Shown here: one piece after another, positions 25,843-32,000 of the stretch
Position numbering within the stretch: the first letter of the stretch is position 1
Layout of the letters: each line of letters begins with the position of its first letter
DNA from: Candidatus Kuenenia stuttgartensis
GTDB taxonomy: Bacteria > Planctomycetota > Brocadiia > Brocadiales > Brocadiaceae
Direction of reading: 5' to 3'
NCBI RefSeq assembly: GCF_900232105.1
Contig: NZ_LT934425.1
Coordinates: 3,330,001-3,362,000 of the forward strand
Length of the DNA: 32,000 nucleotides
Translations under genes and position numbers: made by a program
The notes under the pieces: generated by a model
The model's database searches: none
What the model was told of the DNA's origin: nothing
Seen by the model: the letters and a program-made list of their open reading frames with translations, nothing else

Positions 25843-27917
25843 ATATATCCCCCTTTCCGGAAAGATTTCAACAAAATCCTTATTTTAAGCGGGTTTCCAC
25901 AAATTCAAAATAATATGTAGTCGCAGAATAAATGGCCTATTTATTAATACAAATCCTTTATAACCCTATAAATACTGACTTGACAAAATATTTTATTAAT
26001 GATAGTGTAGTCAAAGAATATTGGGACTACATTATGCACCTTACTTATAGCGATTCTAAATACAAAGGGAAAACCTATAAATCTTACTCTATTGCCGAAT
26101 CCTACAGGGATGGCAAAAAGGTCAGAAAAAGAATACTTTGGCCCATCGGGAAACTTTCCGATATTCAAGCCGAGCAAATCAAACTGATATGTAAAACAGT
26201 TGAAAACACAGATCAATTGCAGACTCAGCTCAAAGACGTTGCAGTCCTGGAAAGCAGGGCATATCTCGATATAGCCGTTGTTAATGAGTTGTGGAACCAG
26301 TGGCAGCTTGATCAGGCTTTTGACTACGATGTCACTGCAGGCGCCCTTCCTACCAATATGATTGCAAAGATACTGACTATTAACAGGTGCACCGATCCGT
26401 GTTCTCATTATTCCATTCCTCATTGGGCGAAAAAGAGCGCGCTGGAGGACATTCTTAAAATTGATCTTTCAGGCCTAAATGACGATAAAATCTATTATGA
26501 ATTAGATAAAATACACAAAAACAAAATATCTATAGAGAACCACCTTTTTAACCAAACCTTCTGGAAACGTCCGGAATCCTATAAATTTATCAACTACGAC
26601 CTAACTACTTCCTACTTTGTGGGATATAACTGTGATCTATCGGCATTTGGCAAGGGCAAAATAGAGTGTCATGGCAGGCGGCAGGTCTTACTGGGTGTTC
26701 TTATCAACTCTGAGGGATATCCTTTCAAATGGGATGTATTCCCCGGGAACACCGCTGAGGTAAAAACCCTCAAACAGAATATCAATGCCTGTAAAACCAG
26801 ATTCAAATTGACTGATAAAAACGTCACCCTTGTATTTGACAGAGGCATAATCTCTGAGGACAATGCCAATTTGATAGAAGAAGCCAAACTCAAATACATC
26901 TCGGCATTGGATAGAAATCAGATACCCTCTTGCGGTGTCAGTTTAAAGTCTCTTAATGGGTTATCCATAGAAGATAAGGACGCCTCCGATATACCTATCC
27001 CGCAAGGGTTTTTAAACTATGATGATGAATTATACTACCATGACAATGGCGTCATAGGAAACAAGCGTTTTATTACCGGTTTTAATCCCACTTTATTTAT
27101 AGAAGACCGCAATAATAGAGACGAGAAAATAACCTTTTTTAAGGATTATCTCAAAGAAGAGAATAAAAACCTTAAAAATGCCCAAAGAGACCGGCAATAT
27201 GACGCAACAAAGAGCCGCATTGTAGATGAGCTGAAAAGGTTAAAGATTCATAAATATTTCGAAGACCCTGTTCTGACGTCCATCACCGTTACCCATAGAC
27301 TGAAAAACGGGCAGGTCAAATCCGTCAAAAGTTTCAAAATAGAAATCAAGCTGTTAACTGATGTTATAGCCGCAGATAGATTGTTGGATGGCGTATGTGT
27401 TTTTATCACTAACCATACAGAACGGGAAGATGGAGGTGCGTTTAAAGCAAAACCCCAATCTATAGTTAGAGCCTATCGGGACAAGACAAAAATAGAAGAT
27501 GTCTTTAAAAATGTAAAATCGTTCTTAAAAATCAGGCCCTTCTTTGTCAATACCGAGGCACATGTTAAAGCCGTCTATACTATCTGCATCCTGGCATATT
27601 TTATAAACCGTTATCTATCAAACCAACGAAAGGCAATAGGAGAAAAAGATTTTTTAAACTCAAAGGAACTCTATGCGCCGTTCAAAGATATAGATATCGC
27701 CACTCTTGAGGCTAAAAATACCGGTGAAACCTTAAAGAAAGCCGTGAAACTTCCCGCCGTCACACAAATGCTATTGGAAAAACTTGGAATGTCCAATGTT
27801 GTTTTCGGCCAGTAATTAAAAGACTTCCAAAAGACATGTAGTCGCAGAATCAATGTTTATAAGTGTTTGCCAAATTTGACTTTAGTAATTTCTTTCCGGA
27901 ACATGGGATATATGGGG
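25843..27917 (+). mobile_element. IS1634-family element no. 3 (apparently intact, ~2.07 kb)
   Basis: Inverted terminal regions ATATATCCCCCTTTCCGGAAAGA (25843-) and its inverse TCTTTCCGGAACATGGGATATAT (-27917). Possible imperfect duplication GGAAAGATAA / GGAAAGACAA lies just outside. Confidence 0.55.
26034..27815 (+). CDS. IS1634-family DDE transposase (593 aa from ATG 26034; track ORF starts at 25932)
   Basis: MHLTYSDSKYKGKTYKSYSIAESYRDGKKVRKRILWPIGKLSD parallels the N-terminus of element no. 1. Also YDLTTSYF, VFDRGIISEDN and IRPFFVNTEAHVKAVYTICILAYF. Confidence 0.8.
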   Translation: MHLTYSDSKYKGKTYKSYSIAESYRDGKKVRKRILWPIGKLSDIQAEQIKLICKTVENTDQLQTQLKDVAVLESRAYLDIAVVNELWNQWQLDQAFDYDVTAGALPTNMIAKILTINRCTDPCSHYSIPHWAKKSALEDILKIDLSGLNDDKIYYELDKIHKNKISIENHLFNQTFWKRPESYKFINYDLTTSYFVGYNCDLSAFGKGKIECHGRRQVLLGVLINSEGYPFKWDVFPGNTAEVKTLKQNINACKTRFKLTDKNVTLVFDRGIISEDNANLIEEAKLKYISALDRNQIPSCGVSLKSLNGLSIEDKDASDIPIPQGFLNYDDELYYHDNGVIGNKRFITGFNPTLFIEDRNNRDEKITFFKDYLKEENKNLKNAQRDRQYDATKSRIVDELKRLKIHKYFEDPVLTSITVTHRLKNGQVKSVKSFKIEIKLLTDVIAADRLLDGVCVFITNHTEREDGGAFKAKPQSIVRAYRDKTKIEDVFKNVKSFLKIRPFFVNTEAHVKAVYTICILAYFINRYLSNQRKAIGEKDFLNSKELYAPFKDIDIATLEAKNTGETLKKAVKLPAVTQMLLEKLGMSNVVFGQ

Positions 27918-27972
27918 AAAGACAATTATAGCCATAGGGAAGTGGCCGATTATTTTGGGCGGCATTATTCTA

Positions 27973-29098
27973 TAGTCAAATAAATCAGATTTTCGAAATT
28001 TGCTCGCCAATAATTTGAAAATTTTCAGTTAAAAGAGTAGACAATTCATCTGTATACTCGTTAATATTTTTGAAAAAACTTAAACATTTGTTTTTAAACT
28101 TCTCATAAGTATCATAATACTTGTTATACAATATTTTTTTGCGAAAGAATTTCCATAATCTTTCAATGAGATTTAAATTGGGTGAATAGGAAGGGAGAAA
28201 TTTGATCTTTATTCTCGAATTTGCAAGGTATTCTTTGACCAACTTAGACCTGTAATATTTAGCATTATCAGAGATTATGTAAATAGTACCGGCTTGAGCA
28301 TACCTTGACTCTATTTCATGGAAAAGCTTTATTGTTGATTGAGCATTGATGCTTTCATCTTCCCGGATTGTTACTTCAAAGGTTTCTATGTCAATAGCAC
28401 CGTTTAAATTTATTCTTTTCCTGCCGGTATTAGAGGGTATTTCCTTCTTTTTGCCTTTCTCTATCCAGCAATATGCAGACGTAGAATTGTGCTGTGGATG
28501 AACTCCATCCATAAAAAGTATCTTATCTCCGGGGGCTTTCTCTTCTTTGAGTTGTTTGTATTTTTCGACAAATTCTTTTTGTTTTTCAGGGTTTGCCTTG
28601 CATGGAACTATTGTAGTTTTCTTGTAAGTAAAGCCTAATCTATCGAGGGTATGTACCATTCCTTCGGGTGTATAGATTTTATTGAATGTCTGTTTTACAT
28701 ATTCAACAATTTCTTTTGCCGCGCTATAGTTGTTTTTCCTGATATGATCTTTTAATTGTTCTTCTTGTTCGCAGGTGAGTTTTGGCACACAGCCAATATA
28801 ATTGTCAGATAAAAGCCCGTCAAAACCTTTATCTTTGTATAGTTTTTCGTAATTCCTGATTGTTTGATCGTCTAACAAGAGCGCCTCTGCTACTTCTTCA
28901 TAACTCCATCCTGAATCAAGAAGAAGTATAGCTTTGATTCGGTCGGCATGACGTCTATGAGGCTCTTTCTTATGTGCTTTTTTAAATTCTATTCGGGTTT
29001 TTTCACTGAGAAATGGATTCATGCAGAATTTAATACTCTAGAAACAATTCAAATGCAAGAAAAAAACAGATTTTTATAAAAATAAATGCTTTTTACTA
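27973..29098 (-). mobile_element. IS630-family element copy 2, intact (1126 bp), TA duplication
   Basis: TA at 27971-27972 and 29099-29100. Ends TAGTCAAATAAATCAG... and ...GCTTTTTACTA. Confidence 0.85.
27985..29022 (-). CDS. IS630-family transposase (345 aa)
   Basis: N-terminal HTH (ADRIKAILLLDSGWSYEEVAEALLLDDQTIRNY) and DDE region (LFMDGVHPQHN ... IISDNAKYY ... NLIERLW). Confidence 0.9.
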   Translation of the reverse strand: MNPFLSEKTRIEFKKAHKKEPHRRHADRIKAILLLDSGWSYEEVAEALLLDDQTIRNYEKLYKDKGFDGLLSDNYIGCVPKLTCEQEEQLKDHIRKNNYSAAKEIVEYVKQTFNKIYTPEGMVHTLDRLGFTYKKTTIVPCKANPEKQKEFVEKYKQLKEEKAPGDKILFMDGVHPQHNSTSAYCWIEKGKKKEIPSNTGRKRINLNGAIDIETFEVTIREDESINAQSTIKLFHEIESRYAQAGTIYIISDNAKYYRSKLVKEYLANSRIKIKFLPSYSPNLNLIERLWKFFRKKILYNKYYDTYEKFKNKCLSFFKNINEYTDELSTLLTENFQIIGEQISKI

Positions 29099-29324
29099 TA
29101 TCATAAGTAGATCGTTAAAAAGGAATCAACTTCAATAGCAAGAATAAAGACCCGACCCTAGGACTTAGTCTGTTCTATTTAAAGGTTATTTTGCGTTGCC
29201 TAGCATCAAAAAAGCCAAACCTTTTGTGGCAAAACAATGTACAAAATAATACCGGAAGTAATTATTTACTTTATGTTTGAATATTTGGGTATTCGATACC
29301 TCTGGCGAAAGATTCGGCCACTTA

Positions 29325-29756
29325 ATGAAAAAGAAGATGAACAACCCCCTTCCGTTTTTTTTTATTTTGGTAATAGGGATTTATTTTGCTATGTATGGTA
29401 TTGCTTCTCAAAGGTACGAAAATAGAAGAGATACCCTAGAAAATAAAGTTAACATTGTCATTGCACAGCTTGATACCCCTTATGCGAAAAAAATAATGAC
29501 GCGAATACCGTTGCTTCAAAAAAAACACTGTCCTGCAAAGCCAGAAGTTGTGAACCCGTTATCAATAATTCATTCTCTTTTTGGTAAAGAAGAATCAAAC
29601 TATGAAATAACAGATAAGGATAAACATTTGACGGCGCACTTTTATCACGTTACATTAAGAGGCAACGCAAATGAACCCATATTTATTACCGATACAAATC
29701 GTGTCCTGTTTATTGTTAAAAAAGAATCAGCTTTAATAGCAAGAGTAAAGACCTAA
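29325..29756 (+). CDS. Hypothetical protein with one N-terminal TM helix; its 3' part is a captured RayT-like fragment (chimeric ORF, doubtful)
   Basis: MKKKMNNPLPFFFILVIGIYFAMYGIA hydrophobic segment. No recognisable family for the middle part. Confidence 0.3.
   Translation: MKKKMNNPLPFFFILVIGIYFAMYGIASQRYENRRDTLENKVNIVIAQLDTPYAKKIMTRIPLLQKKHCPAKPEVVNPLSIIHSLFGKEESNYEITDKDKHLTAHFYHVTLRGNANEPIFITDTNRVLFIVKKESALIARVKT
29637..29711 (+). pseudogene. N-terminal remnant of a REP-associated tyrosine (Y1, IS200-like/RayT) transposase
   Basis: HFYHVTLRGNANEPIFITDTNRVLF matches the (Y)YHV..RGN....IF.dd.dr start of Y1 transposases. Homology stops after about 25 residues. Confidence 0.4.
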
Positions 29757-29790
29757 CATTGGGACTTGCTTTTATATAAAGCACACAATA

Positions 29791-30024
29791 ATGATTTTTG
29801 AAATTATAGGAAGGATTCGTGACGTTGAGACCTTTGCAATAGGAACCTCAATCCGCGAGATTAAGCGGTTGCAGAAACGTTTCGGTGCTGGTCGTTGGAG
29901 AAAGCGTAAAGGATTTGCAACAGTGCGTCTTTCTGATGGCACAATACATGAAGTTGAATTACATTGGTACGAGGCGCATGGTATAGGCAAAAAAGAAATT
30001 AAAATAAAACATTTCTTGGATTAA
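29791..30024 (+). CDS. Conserved small protein (77 aa), first gene of an uncharacterised two-gene cassette
   Basis: Compact ORF with a basic RWRKRKGFATVRL and HWYEAHGIGKKE signature. The next gene starts 6 nt after its stop. Confidence 0.6.
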   Translation: MIFEIIGRIRDVETFAIGTSIREIKRLQKRFGAGRWRKRKGFATVRLSDGTIHEVELHWYEAHGIGKKEIKIKHFLD

Positions 30025-30029
30025 AAATT

Positions 30030-30263
30030 ATGAAACACCACAAGGTCGAACCAATATTTGCTGTTTGCATTAACAACAAAGACTATGAAGTATCGCTGGA
30101 ATTGAGAAAAATTTACAAAGTTCTCCATGACGCTAAAGCGGCCGAACATCACTATATAAGAGTCATAGATGAATCAGGAGATGACTACCTATATCCTGAA
30201 GATTATTTTATTCCGATTGAGTTGCCCAAGGCTGTAGAAAAAGCGCTGCTGCTGGTATCTTAA
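30030..30263 (+). CDS. Conserved small acidic protein (77 aa), second gene of the cassette
   Basis: IRVIDESGDDYLYPEDYFIPIELP signature. Tightly coupled to 29791-30024. Confidence 0.6.
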   Translation: MKHHKVEPIFAVCINNKDYEVSLELRKIYKVLHDAKAAEHHYIRVIDESGDDYLYPEDYFIPIELPKAVEKALLLVS

Positions 30264-30326
30264 TCGTATCTGAAATATCACCCGGCAAGGAGGGGTTAGA
30301 GTGACCAATCTTTATCGTTGGCGAAC

Positions 30327-30364
30327 GATGTCATTTTGAAACTGTTCCATGACCCCGTTTTGAG
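30327..30364 (+). repeat. 38-nt relic of a glycosyltransferase 3' coding region, inverted relative to 31329-31366 (35/38 identical)
   Basis: GATGTCATTTTGAAACTGTTCCATGACCCCGTTTTGAG versus the reverse complement of 31329-31366, GATGTCATTTTAAAACTGTTCCATGACCCCGTCCTGAG. Confidence 0.85.
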
Positions 30365-30374
30365 GAGAAAATCT

Positions 30375-30680
30375 ATGGAAAAGAAGAGATTACAGTCGGT
30401 TCACCCCGGAGAGGTTCTTTTGGAGGAATTTCTCAAACCTATGGGCTTGAGTCAAAACAGAGTTGCACTTAATATCGGTGTTCCTCCCCGGAGAATCAAC
30501 GAGATTGTACTTCAAAAAAGACGGATAACCGCGGATACTGCTCTCAGACTGGCTCGTTTTTTTGGTACTTCCCCTGAGTTTTGGCTTGGATTACAGGCAC
30601 AGTACGATTTGGATGTTACTTCTGACGAACTTGGCGAACGCCTCGAACGCGAAGTAAAAGAGTATACAAAGATTGTATAA
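30375..30680 (+). CDS. higA: HigA-family XRE-type HTH antitoxin (101 aa), no adjacent HigB
   Basis: HPGEVLLEEFLKPMGLSQNRVALNIGVPPRRINEIVLQKRRITADTALRLARFFGTSPEFWLGLQAQYDL. Start chosen at ATG 30375, because the upstream part of the track ORF is a glycosyltransferase-gene relic. Confidence 0.85.
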   Translation: MEKKRLQSVHPGEVLLEEFLKPMGLSQNRVALNIGVPPRRINEIVLQKRRITADTALRLARFFGTSPEFWLGLQAQYDLDVTSDELGERLEREVKEYTKIV

Positions 30681-30716
30681 ATTAATATCATGCGAAGAGC
30701 ATTTCTCCTTGAATTA

Positions 30717-30956
30717 TTATGATAAAAGTCTTTCTATTTCATCATCGGTAAAACCAAATTGTCGGAAAATACGAAGCACATACGGGGGAGAAAGTTCCCC
30801 TGCTCCCATATCAATAGGAACAACCCTTTTCTTGCCTTGACAATAGCGAACATATATTCGATGATCTCCTTTGCCCTCCCTGTGAAACATACAGCCTCCA
30901 CGTTTTAATAGGCGAATTAATTCTTTTGGCTTGAGAGAAGGAACATTTTTAGGCAT
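30717..30956 (-). CDS. hicA: HicA-family (YcfA-like) toxin (79 aa)
   Basis: LKPKELIRLLKRGGCMFHREGKGDHRIY pattern. Overlaps the hicB stop by 8 nt. Confidence 0.7.
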   Translation of the reverse strand: MPKNVPSLKPKELIRLLKRGGCMFHREGKGDHRIYVRYCQGKKRVVPIDMGAGELSPPYVLRIFRQFGFTDDEIERLLS

Positions 30957-31215
30957 GTACAGCCCTTAATTCGTATGTTTCTGTGGTTGGTTCTACCCCT
31001 TCAACAGTTAAAAATTCGTGGAGTTCTTTAACAGATAATGGTGAAGTATAGATGTCGTTCTCTGTTTTGTGTACGGCATCAAAAGAATCAATGGCCTCTT
31101 TAAGTTTTTCAATCGCCTCTTCTTTTGTAATCCCCTGCCCTACAATACCATTTTCCAAACATAAAGCTACCCAATAGTTTCTACTCTTTCGTAACACCAT
31201 TGTATAAAATTCCAT
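30949..31215 (-). CDS. hicB: HicB-family antitoxin (88 aa)
   Basis: YWVALCLENGIVGQGITKEEAIEKLKEAI is the typical HicB/UPF0150 N-terminal fold signature. Confidence 0.7.
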   Translation of the reverse strand: MEFYTMVLRKSRNYWVALCLENGIVGQGITKEEAIEKLKEAIDSFDAVHKTENDIYTSPLSVKELHEFLTVEGVEPTTETYELRAVHA

Positions 31216-31228
31216 TCCTTTATTCTCC

Positions 31229-32000
31229 TTAAGTAAGCATAGACGAATATAGCGCTACATGCTGAAGTCCGATATTATCCCAGGAAAAACACTTTCCCAA
31301 CTCCATGGCGTTATCTGAGATTTTATTTCTCAGGACGGGGTCATGGAACAGTTTTAAAATGACATCGGACATGGCCTGATAATCGCCGATTGGCGTTAAA
31401 ATTACATTTTCCCAATTTTTTAATACCTCCGGGACATTTTCACCTATAGTGGTTACTACGGGGAGACCATGCCGAAGCGCAGTGAGAAATGTTCCCCGCC
31501 GCAAAGAGACTCCATCCTTAAATGGCAGAACGCAGGCCGTTGCATTCGTAAAATAAACAGATACCTGTTCAGGGGTACAATAGCCGGTAACCGTTATTGC
31601 ATGTTCAATGCCTAACTCTTTCATAACATGATGATCATCATCCGAAAGATAGGTTATCATTACCAATTTACATTTAACCCCATGTATGAGCAATTGTTTA
31701 AATGCATGGAATAAAGTAATAACGTCTTTTGACTTTGTGGCAAAACCAAAATAAACGATGTACGGTATTTCTGCTATGCGCCTGCTTGAAACAATGTTAG
31801 GAACCGGCTCAATGTTGGCGCCAATCGGGATGACCGTATATCGTCCTTTAAGCCAGGGAAACCACTTTAAAACGGCTGATGCTTCACGCTTGTCAGGGAA
31901 TATAATCTTATTTGAAAGGAGCAAGAAAAAGATCATTCCAATCTTGCGAAACTTATGTGCAATGCTAAATTCATGGATTGTAGCTATTCTACATAATTTG
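31229..32000 (-). CDS. Glycosyltransferase (GT4-like), 5' end beyond the window
   Basis: The frame stays open upstream of the listed ATG to position 32000. C-terminal domain motifs ...CVLPFKDGVSLRRGTFLTALRHGLPVVTT. Confidence 0.8.
   Translation of the reverse strand, partial: KLCRIATIHEFSIAHKFRKIGMIFFLLLSNKIIFPDKREASAVLKWFPWLKGRYTVIPIGANIEPVPNIVSSRRIAEIPYIVYFGFATKSKDVITLFHAFKQLLIHGVKCKLVMITYLSDDDHHVMKELGIEHAITVTGYCTPEQVSVYFTNATACVLPFKDGVSLRRGTFLTALRHGLPVVTTIGENVPEVLKNWENVILTPIGDYQAMSDVILKLFHDPVLRNKISDNAMELGKCFSWDNIGLQHVALYSSMLT

Overview
This 32-kb window is mostly mobile DNA. Positions 1-18160 are an insertion-sequence graveyard. It ends at a tyrosine-integrase remnant abutting tRNA-Ala(GGC) (18162-18237, minus strand). 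It holds two apparently identical, inverted copies of an uncatalogued ~3.8-kb four-gene Mu/Tn552-like transposon: copy A (1-2159, cut by the window edge) and copy B (7718-11509, with a 5-7 bp target duplication). It also holds an IS66 remnant, an IS1380-family transposase gene, an ISAzo13 remnant, a DUF4338 remnant, a rubrerythrin-like gene and a Bcp remnant. An IS1634-family element (7199-16484) carries nested insertions: transposon copy B, and IS630 <- IS630-derived MITE <- IS4/Tn5-like element encoding a DUF4338-transposase fusion. Its 560-aa transposase ORF (1683 nt with stop) can be rebuilt exactly once these are removed. Next come leuS (18660-21161), a cluster of GTAG...CTAC REP-like palindromes, and an MNT/HEPN toxin-antitoxin operon. 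The antitoxin gene of that operon is split by a 2035-nt group II intron (21954-23988) whose RT/maturase ORF has an in-frame TGA. The right third is a glycosyltransferase locus (24280-25428 and 31229 to beyond 32000, both minus strand). It has been pried apart by another IS1634-family element, an intact IS630, a RayT-like remnant and a toxin-antitoxin islet (uncharacterised small-gene pair, orphan HigA, HicAB). No CRISPR array, cas genes or rRNA were seen. All protein-family calls come from motif recognition by eye and need HMM/BLAST confirmation. Junction, repeat and reading-frame statements were worked out directly on the sequence.
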